The notes under the pieces are model-generated. The model was not told where the DNA came from. It was given only the letters and a program-made list of their open reading frames with translations, and ran no database searches. Of a stretch of 64,000 bases of DNA, positions 27,790 to 37,104 are shown one piece after another; within the stretch, counting starts at the first letter, position 1, and the number at the start of each line of letters is the position of its first letter. Origin of the DNA: a virus; the IMG/VR virus record IMGVR_UViG_3300033148_003376, positions 1 through 64,000 of that record; one strand, given 5' to 3'. A program made the position numbers and the translations under genes.

Positions 27790-27828
27790 GGGAGGTGACA
27801 ATGATGGTACATGTCACCTCCCTTTAAA
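27790..27828 (+). terminator. Putative intrinsic terminator
   Basis: GGGAGGTGACA-N11-TGTCACCTCCC followed by TTT. Confidence 0.65.
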
Positions 27829-27840
27829 ATAGGAAATACT

Positions 27841-28347
27841 ATGGAAAAACTGACAATCAAAGACTATGAAGATCTGGGAACTCCTGAAGATATCGGAAAG
27901 GCACTCGACGATGCAACCAAGGCTATTGAATGTTGGTCTGAAGGATTTGATCAGATTAAAGATATCCAACCTCGATCACCTGACGAAAAACGAATACTCC
28001 AGGAAATAATAGATATACTCTACAGTTGTCCACCCCAAGACGCATTGGACGATCTCAGTGTAGTCAAGAATATAAAAAAGAAACAATCACATCTGAAACC
28101 AAAACGCGAAATTGTGTCTACACATCGGTGTACAGACATGGGTTTGTCGTTCAAATATATTCCAGATGATAATATATTCTCCAAAACGTGTCCGTTATGT
28201 ACGGAAGATTTTCAGAAAGAACAAGATGTCCAGTGTACTGGAACTCCATTTCAAGGAGTCTCACATGAAGGTGAACCCGAGATTCATTTTGAAGTAAATC
28301 TTGTTCATCGCACATGTCGTATCGAACATGACAAAAATTCTAAATAA
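27841..28347 (+). CDS. Hypothetical protein with Cys/His cluster
   Basis: CPLC...HRTC. Confidence 0.55.
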   Translation: MEKLTIKDYEDLGTPEDIGKALDDATKAIECWSEGFDQIKDIQPRSPDEKRILQEIIDILYSCPPQDALDDLSVVKNIKKKQSHLKPKREIVSTHRCTDMGLSFKYIPDDNIFSKTCPLCTEDFQKEQDVQCTGTPFQGVSHEGEPEIHFEVNLVHRTCRIEHDKNSK

Positions 28348-28440
28348 ATCGAGTCTTTTGATATTATGAAAAGTTTGTTGAATTTTCCATGTAATTGTAA
28401 TACTGTTAAAGGTGAACTACAACACCGAGGAGAAATTACC

Positions 28441-28785
28441 ATGGGAATCGCAAACGACGTCATGGAAAGTGTGAAATCTGCACAGAAGATAAATGAGTCA
28501 GAGGACTATCTTGTCACCTTCGGAAAAGACGGTAAAGATGAGACCAAGATTTTCGACTCGTCGTCGGCTGCAGACAAGCTTGTCATGAAGCTCATGAAAG
28601 ACAAAGACCAGTATGATATCATCCTCAGTTACCTCGACGATTCTGGTGAGATCGACGGTAAGATTCACCACGCGACAAAAGCCGAAGTGGATAGACGGAT
28701 GAAGAAGAATCCCAAGTCCGACGTCACCAAAGCGATAACGAAGACAGTCGAGACAGGGAAACCACAAACCTATTGGCTGGCCTGA
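28441..28785 (+). CDS. Putative internal head protein
   Basis: MGIANDVMESVKSAQKINE leader shared with the 61-62 kb ORFs. Confidence 0.55.
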   Translation: MGIANDVMESVKSAQKINESEDYLVTFGKDGKDETKIFDSSSAADKLVMKLMKDKDQYDIILSYLDDSGEIDGKIHHATKAEVDRRMKKNPKSDVTKAITKTVETGKPQTYWLA

Positions 28786-28786
28786 T

Positions 28787-29095
28787 ATGCCATTTATCAG
28801 AAAATCGAAGATCATGAAGGTACAGGGTGGATACCGATTCGACTTCAAATCCGGTAACCGTCTTGTCATTCCTAAAGATTTCAAGGTCATCTACTATTCT
28901 TTCTTGTATCGCAGTTGCGAACCCGTTCCCATGATGTTTAGATCGAACGACAAGACAAATCGAAAGATCTGCGATGGAATGCTCTTCAACAAAGGTGATC
29001 GTGTAGAGCTTTGCTTTCCTGACGGTGGTACCGGTGAAGCACATGTGGTCTTTGCGTCTCATACAACCCGGTCCAAATCAAAATCCACTTCTTGA
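28787..29095 (+). CDS. Hypothetical protein
   Basis: Packed ORF. Confidence 0.5.
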   Translation: MPFIRKSKIMKVQGGYRFDFKSGNRLVIPKDFKVIYYSFLYRSCEPVPMMFRSNDKTNRKICDGMLFNKGDRVELCFPDGGTGEAHVVFASHTTRSKSKSTS

Positions 29096-29242
29096 CAGTC
29101 TGTGCTACCTGTGCTAGTAATACAAATACCGGTAGTGGTGGCATTGTACGGAGCAACCCTAGCTGACAGGTCTCCCGATGGCTTCAATTCCACTGGGAGG
29201 AGATTAGACCTTCCTCGAAACAATTCCATGGAGTATCTATTT

Positions 29243-29539
29243 ATGACACGACCAAAGAAGACTGAAGACCTCGAATATATTCGTCGAGGATTTGACATCA
29301 GAGAAGATCTTTACGCGGATTTTCGTAAAGCTGCGATAGATGCTCAAATGTATCCGAAGGACTGGCTCGCGGAAGCCATCAGGGAGAAACTAGATAAAAC
29401 CATTCATCACAAGGACTGTGGAACTGCATATAGAGGATGTCATCCGACTCTTTGTCCAAAAGACCAATACGAAAAAACTGGTAAGTGGCGAACACTGGAA
29501 CAATTAGAAGTACAAGAGAAATTACAAAGGAAATCATAA
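29243..29539 (+). CDS. Ribbon-helix-helix-like DNA-binding protein
   Basis: IRRGFDIREDLYADFRKAAIDAQMYPKDWLAEAIREKL. Confidence 0.55.
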   Translation: MTRPKKTEDLEYIRRGFDIREDLYADFRKAAIDAQMYPKDWLAEAIREKLDKTIHHKDCGTAYRGCHPTLCPKDQYEKTGKWRTLEQLEVQEKLQRKS

Positions 29540-30861
29540 TGTCCAATGACACCACAGATTCACTCGTGTATGCACTCGAAGTATGGGGAGTAAAAACATT
29601 GGAAAAGAGCAATAGAACCACTGCATATCAAACGGCAAAAAACATAGCAACAAAAGCCCGTAAGGAAGAAATGAGAAGACTCAACAATCTTCTCGATCTT
29701 CTTCCAGAACATTATCAAAAACTCCGTAGTGCTGTCACCGAAGACACTCAACTCGTCATCGATGAGATCCGACCGATCATCGAAAAACATGTAAAAACTC
29801 TCATCGATCGACTTTCCGATGTGGATCTTGGTCTCGATCGAAGTCTTCTGTTTGATATATTCAAATATCTTCTCGTCTCCAGTGTTCAACACGAGGTTCA
29901 AAACCCTGCCACGATCGGAATTAGTTTCGTAAAAAGAGACGATCCTGGAGAGAACTTGCTCGATATTTTTAAGTACCTTGGTGCATCGTGTGCAAACCTG
30001 AATCTTCCGAAGAAAGGTCTCATGGCGGGAATACCAGAGAAACAAGCATACTCTATTGTAGACGAATACATGGATCCAGATACATTCGAGAGATACTGTA
30101 TCACGTGGAAGCATGTCACATCAGAATACAAAATCGCGAGATATTACGACTTCGCACGAGAGATACCTGAAAAGGTGCAAGATATGATCGTGAAAGGAAT
30201 GAAGATGAACGGTCAAAAGCTCGTCCTCGATGCGAGTGAAAGTGATGTGAAATGCATTCCGTTTACTATGAAACTGAAACGTCTCAAAGCGTTCGACTTC
30301 TATAAACCTCGTGGATTCGAACTCGCCGACAAAGTAATGATCACGGATCCAAAGAACAATGCATGGTTCGTACTCAAAGACAAGACAAATGAAATCCCTA
30401 CACCGGAATCTCCATGGCTTCACGAAGCACCAGGATACTACGTCGCATCATACTCCAAGTTCATCCAACACACTCCCCATGAACAGGAAAACGCCTTACA
30501 TTTCGTACGCGCCAGTGGTGCAAAAATCATCCTCGAAGCAAACTTGGATGATATCCTACCACGCTTCCGAGCGAGGAAAATAAAGGATCTCAACGAAAGT
30601 CATTTCAGGTCGTCAGGAGTCTTCGAACTCGTAGACACTGTCATCTACCAAATTCCAGTGAGTAGAAGATACGTCGTACTCAAACACAAATATCTAACCT
30701 TCAAATATGTACGAAAGCCAAATGGAGATCCGGTCATTTACTCGTCGTATGACGATGTCTTTGCTGGAACTCCATTCCAGATCAGTACCGAATCAGATCG
30801 TACATGCGAATGTCAAGCTTTCACCGGAAAATCTGAAAGAGTTCAAGACTTTGAGAGTTGA
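29539..30861 (+). CDS. Hypothetical protein with two tandem degenerate repeats
   Basis: FELADKVM...VLKDK and FELVDTVI...VLKHK. Confidence 0.6.
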   Translation: MSNDTTDSLVYALEVWGVKTLEKSNRTTAYQTAKNIATKARKEEMRRLNNLLDLLPEHYQKLRSAVTEDTQLVIDEIRPIIEKHVKTLIDRLSDVDLGLDRSLLFDIFKYLLVSSVQHEVQNPATIGISFVKRDDPGENLLDIFKYLGASCANLNLPKKGLMAGIPEKQAYSIVDEYMDPDTFERYCITWKHVTSEYKIARYYDFAREIPEKVQDMIVKGMKMNGQKLVLDASESDVKCIPFTMKLKRLKAFDFYKPRGFELADKVMITDPKNNAWFVLKDKTNEIPTPESPWLHEAPGYYVASYSKFIQHTPHEQENALHFVRASGAKIILEANLDDILPRFRARKIKDLNESHFRSSGVFELVDTVIYQIPVSRRYVVLKHKYLTFKYVRKPNGDPVIYSSYDDVFAGTPFQISTESDRTCECQAFTGKSERVQDFES

Positions 30862-30873
30862 AAAGGAATACAC

Positions 30874-31308
30874 ATGAAGACTATCGAACAATTCAAAGAC
30901 GAATATTTCTTCTTGAGTAATTTCTATCCGTTTCCCGTCGTTTATAACGGTGTAGAATACCCTACATCCGAACATGCGTTTCAAACCGCGAAGGTACACG
31001 ATCCGTCTGAGAAGATATGGATCAAAGGTGCTCCAACACCAGGAAAAGCAAAATATCGTGGTAGAGGAGTGACTCTAAGAGAAGACTGGGAAGATGTCAA
31101 AGTCGAGATCATGAAAAACGTCATCCTCGCCAAGTTCTCTAATGAGGATCTCAAGAAGGCTCTCCTCGATACAGGAGATACCGTTCTCGTTGAAGGGAAT
31201 ACCTGGAAGGATACGTATTGGGGTGTGAGTCTGAAGACTGGACGGGGAAAGAACGTGCTCGGGATAATCCTCATGGCTGTAAGAGAGTATTACAAGGAAA
31301 ATGGATGA
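30874..31308 (+). CDS. NADAR (YbiA-like) family protein
   Basis: FLSNFY...YPTSEHAFQ..K...AKF...LLDTGD..LVEGN.W.D.YWG...GKNVLG.ILM..R. Confidence 0.92.
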   Translation: MKTIEQFKDEYFFLSNFYPFPVVYNGVEYPTSEHAFQTAKVHDPSEKIWIKGAPTPGKAKYRGRGVTLREDWEDVKVEIMKNVILAKFSNEDLKKALLDTGDTVLVEGNTWKDTYWGVSLKTGRGKNVLGIILMAVREYYKENG

Positions 31309-31529
31309 AAAAGACGTATGAAATACATACGGATGACGTGATACTTGCATCCACACAGGTTGCTGTGGGCACACTTTGTCATACAATACAACAAGTAACA
31401 AAAAATTCTGCTCGACTCCCATATCCAGATGCGTGGGAATCAATACAAACTATGGCAGACAAGTTGAAACACGATATTTGTGAACTCGTAGAACTCACTA
31501 AGTCATCAAAGGAGATAACTCTAAGATGA
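31305..31529 (+). CDS. Hypothetical protein
   Basis: ATGA overlaps at both ends. Confidence 0.5.
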   Translation: MKKTYEIHTDDVILASTQVAVGTLCHTIQQVTKNSARLPYPDAWESIQTMADKLKHDICELVELTKSSKEITLR

Positions 31530-32764
31530 AATTCGACAACGACGATAAACGGATCCTGAATCAGTTCTTCACGTCATCTGACGAGAGGGATACTATCTAT
31601 GCGGCGAAAGAAACCCTTCCGTCAAGTATTCTCGCTGGTCTCATCGGGAAAGCCTCACGCGCGAAAGAGACCTTCCGTGAAATCTTCTTGAAAGAATACA
31701 TGAAAACGAATTGCAATCTTCATGTCGACATAGATCACGGTCTCTCAAGTACCCTCCAAATCATGAAAGACGACTCTCTCAATTTCCTCGACAAGTGGAA
31801 GAACCACAACTCCCTTCGAGACGTTCCCCACGTCGCTGTGTTCTGTGACGATCTTTCGATATTACAAACGAAGGTCTGGGAACATGAACCGGTCGCAGAA
31901 TACCAGGAAAAGTCTACCAGGTATCGCCCATTCAAAGCAGACAACGTCTACCTTCCAGGTGTATCGGATACCCTTCTCGATCGTATTGGTCCTCTACAGG
32001 ACGATCTCGTGACGCTCTACAACGAGATCTACGAAGCTACAAAGAAACGAGATGTCGCGAGATATCTTCTCCCGGTAGGCTCACGAACCGCGATGGTCTG
32101 TTTCGCGTCGATGAGATCGTTGGAAAGGATTGTCGGTAGGATGTACGACTATCCGACGATGGAATCCCAAGCCATGGCCATGGCCATCGAGGGACACATT
32201 CAACAAGTTCTTCCGACGTTCAAAGCTCTTCGGGGCGTCGAAGACTACTCGTTCTTGAACTCTCCTGTAATACACTTCGTAGGTCAAGGACCCCAGTGTC
32301 AAGTAGCAGATGTTATCAAGATGGAAAATGCCGAAGTCTACCAGATACTAGGTATGATCGACATTGGAGCACATCGAGATGTCCAACGACACCGGAGTTT
32401 GATCCAGGATCTACCCGACTATCGAGCGTTCTACGGATACGACAAGCTCATCTTCGACTTCATACCGATCATGTTGCAGACGAGATACCGAGACTGTATG
32501 GAACGCGGGATCATTCTCTTCCATGATGTTTACAAGGAACTATGGGATAACAAGATAGAACGCATCGGTGAAAGTCAATACTGTGCTCTCCTCGGTCACA
32601 TGACGAGATTCCGACTCATCACCGACCTGAACCGATGGAACTACGCTCATGATCTCCGCACGGGATCACCAAACCAAAATGCGACAAGTGAGAAAACGGT
32701 CCATATCAGCTATTCAACGTGGTTCCATCGCGCTCAACGACAAATAGAGGCTCTCCATGTGTAA
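31526..32764 (+). CDS. thyX: Flavin-dependent thymidylate synthase, tandem-domain ThyX
   Basis: QEKSTRY, DVARYLLP, DIGAHRDVQRHRS, HDLRT...HISY. Confidence 0.8.
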   Translation: MKFDNDDKRILNQFFTSSDERDTIYAAKETLPSSILAGLIGKASRAKETFREIFLKEYMKTNCNLHVDIDHGLSSTLQIMKDDSLNFLDKWKNHNSLRDVPHVAVFCDDLSILQTKVWEHEPVAEYQEKSTRYRPFKADNVYLPGVSDTLLDRIGPLQDDLVTLYNEIYEATKKRDVARYLLPVGSRTAMVCFASMRSLERIVGRMYDYPTMESQAMAMAIEGHIQQVLPTFKALRGVEDYSFLNSPVIHFVGQGPQCQVADVIKMENAEVYQILGMIDIGAHRDVQRHRSLIQDLPDYRAFYGYDKLIFDFIPIMLQTRYRDCMERGIILFHDVYKELWDNKIERIGESQYCALLGHMTRFRLITDLNRWNYAHDLRTGSPNQNATSEKTVHISYSTWFHRAQRQIEALHV

Positions 32765-32990
32765 TCCGCGAAGCAAACTGACCGAGAACCAACTGATTGT
32801 TCTTGATGTCATCATGGTTCTCAAGCGTGGATTCAATCCTACTGATATTATCGACAAGACATCTCTCGACAAAAGCCAGGTCCATGCAGTGATACGGTCG
32901 TTCATTCTCAAAAGAATCATCGTCAAGATGAAACCAGGTGTGTACAACTCGCGAGTCTCTAAATGGATACATGAAAACGGGGGATATTAA
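32757..32990 (+). CDS. Winged-HTH protein
   Basis: PTDIIDKTSLDKSQVHAVIRSFILKRIIVK. Confidence 0.55.
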   Translation: MCNPRSKLTENQLIVLDVIMVLKRGFNPTDIIDKTSLDKSQVHAVIRSFILKRIIVKMKPGVYNSRVSKWIHENGGY

Positions 32991-33047
32991 ACCAAGGATG
33001 AAACCGAGACGATGGATTGAACAAATTCAGATCGACGGAGATGATCA

Positions 33048-33629
33048 ATGAATGTTACAAAGCTCCCTACCTCGACGATCGACGTCCAGATGATAGAGCT
33101 GAAAAAAGACTTCGAACGCTACCGTGCATCATCGGAAGCGAATCAGGCTATCATCAACATCACCGAGACTCTTTTTTCTCGTGTGGAAAACATCGAGAAG
33201 AAAACAATCGGAACCGTCGGTGCATGTGAGGACCATCGGAATGCAACTCTTGATACGTTCATGAAAAGTGGTGGTAAGATGTGTCCGGTGTGTCTGTTCC
33301 ACGAGAATCTCGATCTCAAGAAATTCGTCGTCGATTCCAGTGTGCCGAGAGAAGCGAGCGAAGATGGGATCTCGAAGTGGTATGAAAAGGCTCTTTCGAT
33401 CGCCAATAGCATGAAAAGGGCAATACCGAAGAGACAAAAAGAAACCAAGTACCTCGTTATCTATGATGTAGAAGACATCACAAGAGCTGTCTACAACGTC
33501 GCGTGTGTCGTTGCTAAGAACGTCAAAGACGCAACAGAGAAGGCATCAAAGATGCTCAGAAGGGAACCGGAATTTCTGAAAGTATTTGCGTTTGCCACTA
33601 TCGCAGACGGATGGAAATATTACATATAA
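33048..33629 (+). CDS. Hypothetical protein
   Basis: GGAG RBS; CPVC. Confidence 0.6.
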   Translation: MNVTKLPTSTIDVQMIELKKDFERYRASSEANQAIINITETLFSRVENIEKKTIGTVGACEDHRNATLDTFMKSGGKMCPVCLFHENLDLKKFVVDSSVPREASEDGISKWYEKALSIANSMKRAIPKRQKETKYLVIYDVEDITRAVYNVACVVAKNVKDATEKASKMLRREPEFLKVFAFATIADGWKYYI

Positions 33630-33817
33630 GGATACCAAGCTATGAACACTCTAAAAGAAGTTTGGAAAATCACGTCTTGGTCTGATTTCGTGCCAATTGC
33701 AGTAGGTCTTGGTGGCATGACATTCGCTTATTTTTGTGTAGTGTATCTAAGGCCAATTGTTTGCAATCTATGTTGTTTGTGAACACGTAATGAAATAATA
33801 GCGAGTACGGAGGGGAT

Positions 33818-34018
33818 ATGATCAAAGTGGAAAATACTGTCAAAGTCTACGATAAAAACGGCGTCTCGTGCGGCAATGAAGACGAGGTTATTCGGGTGCT
33901 CTCGGATTGGAATGACCCTGATATGGTGACAATTTCTTTCGGTAAGGAAAAGCGTGGTGTCCGCAGGAAAGATATCGAGGCGGCTATCCAAAACGCCTGT
34001 AACACCGCAAGATACTAA
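33818..34018 (+). CDS. Hypothetical protein
   Basis: GGAGGGG RBS. Confidence 0.6.
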   Translation: MIKVENTVKVYDKNGVSCGNEDEVIRVLSDWNDPDMVTISFGKEKRGVRRKDIEAAIQNACNTARY

Positions 34019-34199
34019 TCGTAACCTGATTATCTGGTTATATCGCTCCGCTGTATAGCTTGATATTGCGCTTTGGTCAAATTCGAATGGTTTTTAGCAG
34101 CACTATAACTTGTTGTTTTGTTTCGTAATGCAGAAAACCTTTAAGTTTTTCTTGTTATTTGTCGAGTAGTATTATATGAGACAAACAACGGAGGGGAAA

Positions 34200-35087
34200 A
34201 TGGATCGAAAAGAACTGATAAAGCTACAAGCCATGCCTCTCGAAGACAAAATAGCACTGGCACAGGATCGCATAATGCAATGGCACAACCACTACAACGG
34301 TCAGGTGTACATTGCATTTTCGGGTGGTAAAGATTCAACGGTACTCCTACATCTGGTAAGACAAATATACCCGGAAATACCTGCTGTTTTTTATGATACT
34401 GGTTTGGAATTTCCAGAGATCCGCGCCTTCGTTAAAACAATTAGTAATGTAGTTTGGTTAAAGCCTACCATGACATTCAAGCAAGTGATCGAGAGTAAGG
34501 GTTGGCCAATAATATCGAAAAATGTAGCAATGGCCATTTCTAGATATCGCAATACTAAAGACCCAATCCAAAGACAGCTTAGACTACACGGCGGAATTAA
34601 CCCTACTAGTGGCAAGGTGCAAACGACTGGAGTGATCCCTAAGAAATATCACTACTTAATACACGCACCATTTAAAATAGGCGAAGGCTGTTGTGATGTT
34701 ATGAAAAAAGCATTGCGGAAAAGATACGAGAAAAGCACTAATAGAAAATCACTAGTCGGAACAATGGCGGCTGATAGTTCTGGCAGGAGAACGAGATATC
34801 TATCACTTGGGTGCAATGCCTTCGATGCTAAACAACCACGATCTGCTCCGCTATCTGTTTTCTTAAACCAGGATATATGGCAATATATTACAAAATTTGG
34901 CGTTCAATTCTGTGACATCTATACCAAGGGATACGATAATACAGGCTGTGTCTTCTGCTTATTCGGAATCGTGCAAGACCCTGATAGGGCCGACAGGCTG
35001 AAAAAAACGCACCCAAAACTACATAGCTATTGTATGGAAAAGTTGGGCATGGCCGAAGTAATCGAATGGATCAAGAGAGGTATGTAA
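34200..35087 (+). CDS. PAPS-reductase-family (PP-loop, Fe-S) protein
   Basis: FSGGKDSTVL, DTGLEFPE, CCDVMKK, TGCVFC. Confidence 0.9.
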   Translation: MDRKELIKLQAMPLEDKIALAQDRIMQWHNHYNGQVYIAFSGGKDSTVLLHLVRQIYPEIPAVFYDTGLEFPEIRAFVKTISNVVWLKPTMTFKQVIESKGWPIISKNVAMAISRYRNTKDPIQRQLRLHGGINPTSGKVQTTGVIPKKYHYLIHAPFKIGEGCCDVMKKALRKRYEKSTNRKSLVGTMAADSSGRRTRYLSLGCNAFDAKQPRSAPLSVFLNQDIWQYITKFGVQFCDIYTKGYDNTGCVFCLFGIVQDPDRADRLKKTHPKLHSYCMEKLGMAEVIEWIKRGM

Positions 35088-35698
35088 TGCCAAGAAAAAC
35101 AACCAAGACCCTAGATAAGCTTCGCTCAAATAAAATCGTCCACGACGATAAAGTTTGCACGACGAATAAATATTACGACGACGAGACTCTTCAGCAGATC
35201 CTCGATGTCATCAAGTCACTCAAGAAAACCAAACCAGAGATGTATTTCTTTTACATGATCCTTGTCTACACTGGTGCTCGTCGTTCTGAGGTTTGCCTTG
35301 TGAAGCGTGGAGACCTTCAGAATGGCTATGTAACCATGGATTCAAATAAAGGCGGCAACCGTCGCTCTGTGCCCCTTCCGAAACGATTCTATAAAGAGGT
35401 ATTTGAGTGGTCCCGTGACAAGGATTGGCTATTCAAGCATACGCCTTGGTGGTATTCCCGGTTCATGCGGAAGTTGATACCCCCATCGAAGAATGATGTC
35501 AAGATGCCCTTACATGCCATTCGCCATTCCATGGCAATGAGGCTTCTTAAACGAACGGGAAACATTTTCCTTGTCAAGTTGTTCCTCGGTCACAAGTCTT
35601 TGACTTCGACACTGATTTATATTGATGCCTTGGAGACAAAAGACTTTGAGAAAGATTTGAAAGAGATATTCAAGCAACAGCTTGATAAGATTGAGTGA
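35087..35698 (+). CDS. Tyrosine recombinase (catalytic domain only)
   Basis: TGARRSE, K, HAIRH, LGH, TLIY catalytic set. Confidence 0.9.
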   Translation: MPRKTTKTLDKLRSNKIVHDDKVCTTNKYYDDETLQQILDVIKSLKKTKPEMYFFYMILVYTGARRSEVCLVKRGDLQNGYVTMDSNKGGNRRSVPLPKRFYKEVFEWSRDKDWLFKHTPWWYSRFMRKLIPPSKNDVKMPLHAIRHSMAMRLLKRTGNIFLVKLFLGHKSLTSTLIYIDALETKDFEKDLKEIFKQQLDKIE

Positions 35699-35741
35699 CA
35701 ACAGCAAAGCCTGAGAGGAAAGAATAGAAGGAGACTACTAA

Positions 35742-36245
35742 ATGGCGTTCAGAATAGATTTCGACACCGAACATAAGATTGTATGGAAACACCGACATCT
35801 CACTGATGAGAGTCTTCTATCATTCTATCATCAAGTAAACGTTGTCAAAGCGTTTAAAACACGAGCGATCCTTGGTGACAAAATCTCTGGTGCCGTTCTT
35901 TGCGCGGTTCAGTGTGAATACAGCGATGGAACCACGTCTCCATGCTTCATGGCATACGTGGGGGATACCAGGTCTCCTTTCGGTGGGTACACGTATGTAA
36001 TTTCGGATCCATACGATTTCTTGGTAAGAAATTCTATGGAAGGGATCATCGCACACGACAAATTCGGAAAGTCGTGGACCATCCCACCGAGAGAAGTCAA
36101 GAAAGTTGTACCAAAAATATTCGTAGCTCTCGGTATAAACAACATTAAAATCCCCATGAAACTCTCTAAGCCAGTCGAGCATGTAACTGTCAAACTGAAA
36201 GTCCAGAAAGGTATCAAAGCAATCTTCGTCAATATAAAGACATAG
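35742..36245 (+). CDS. Hypothetical protein
   Basis: AAGGAG RBS. Confidence 0.6.
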   Translation: MAFRIDFDTEHKIVWKHRHLTDESLLSFYHQVNVVKAFKTRAILGDKISGAVLCAVQCEYSDGTTSPCFMAYVGDTRSPFGGYTYVISDPYDFLVRNSMEGIIAHDKFGKSWTIPPREVKKVVPKIFVALGINNIKIPMKLSKPVEHVTVKLKVQKGIKAIFVNIKT

Positions 36246-36280
36246 AATTGTGACGTCGGGAATAGGCTCGACTAGCGATA

Positions 36281-36323
36281 CGTGTTCGACGTAGTAGCTC
36301 ATCGGCATACTACGTCGGACGCG
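36281..36323 (+). other. Long intergenic RNA hairpin
   Basis: CGTGTTCGACGTAGTA...TACTACGTCGGACGCG, 16 bp including two G-U pairs. Confidence 0.6.
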
Positions 36324-36385
36324 CTCTATGAGGAGAAATCAACAAAGCGTTTGAGAAGATCATCAATCTCCCAGGAGATGGTAAC

Positions 36386-36664
36386 ATGAATCAACCGAAA
36401 ATATACATCCAAGTGTGTGGAATGACCTTCACTTCTACCGACTATGGTCTCGATCCTGATACAGGAGACTTCGTTGTTACATCTGATAGAACAGGGCACG
36501 TTTATAGATTCACAAATCCCAGGATCACAGGGATTGATCCTGGTATCAAATCTACAAAAGACGTAGAGATCGAAGAAATCAAGGACTTCGAGATGGAAAT
36601 CATACCTGATATTGAAGGATGTTCGATGTCAAGAGATGTGAAAATCAGATTCGATGGAGATTGA
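36386..36664 (+). CDS. Hypothetical protein
   Basis: AGGAG RBS. Confidence 0.55.
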   Translation: MNQPKIYIQVCGMTFTSTDYGLDPDTGDFVVTSDRTGHVYRFTNPRITGIDPGIKSTKDVEIEEIKDFEMEIIPDIEGCSMSRDVKIRFDGD

Positions 36665-36896
36665 TATGAAATACCATGTCTTCTATATTGCTCATTCTAT
36701 CGGTGCAATTGAAATAGAAACATTCTCAGAAAAGGAAAAGATGGAGCAGTGGATCTCTGATTATTTGGAAAACAAAAAGGGTTCCATCGTAGATATCATC
36801 TACGGTCGAAGGATCTCGGTCAAACCGACCCAGGTCAAGACGAAATACATCGTCGACAACGACAATAACGAGGATGGTCATTGCGTGGGAGAATAA
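36654..36896 (+). CDS. Hypothetical protein
   Basis: Packed ORF. Confidence 0.55.
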   Translation: MEIDMKYHVFYIAHSIGAIEIETFSEKEKMEQWISDYLENKKGSIVDIIYGRRISVKPTQVKTKYIVDNDNNEDGHCVGE

Positions 36897-36897
36897 C

Positions 36898-37104
36898 ATG
36901 AAAGACATGATCGTCACATTTACCTATACCAACTGGCGTAGCATGACGTCGAAACGGAGAGTCTCTCCAAGCGAGATTGTATTCCAATCAACGAAATGGC
37001 ATCCAGAGAAACAGTGGTTACTCTCTGCATACGATCATAATAAGGAAGCCGATCGCTGGTTCGCAATGAAAGACATCAAAGACTGGACACCGGAGGACAA
37101 ATGA
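36898..37104 (+). CDS. Stand-alone WYL-domain protein
   Basis: FTYTNWR...RRVSP...QWLLSAYD...RWFAMKDI. Confidence 0.7.
   Translation: MKDMIVTFTYTNWRSMTSKRRVSPSEIVFQSTKWHPEKQWLLSAYDHNKEADRWFAMKDIKDWTPEDK

Noticed and set aside
35087-35698. Prophage integrase with att site
   Set aside because: No N-terminal binding domains, no host genes and no identifiable att repeat in the window
36150-36245. KPVEHVTVKL as a tail-sheath C-terminal fragment
   Set aside because: Similarity too short and weak to support
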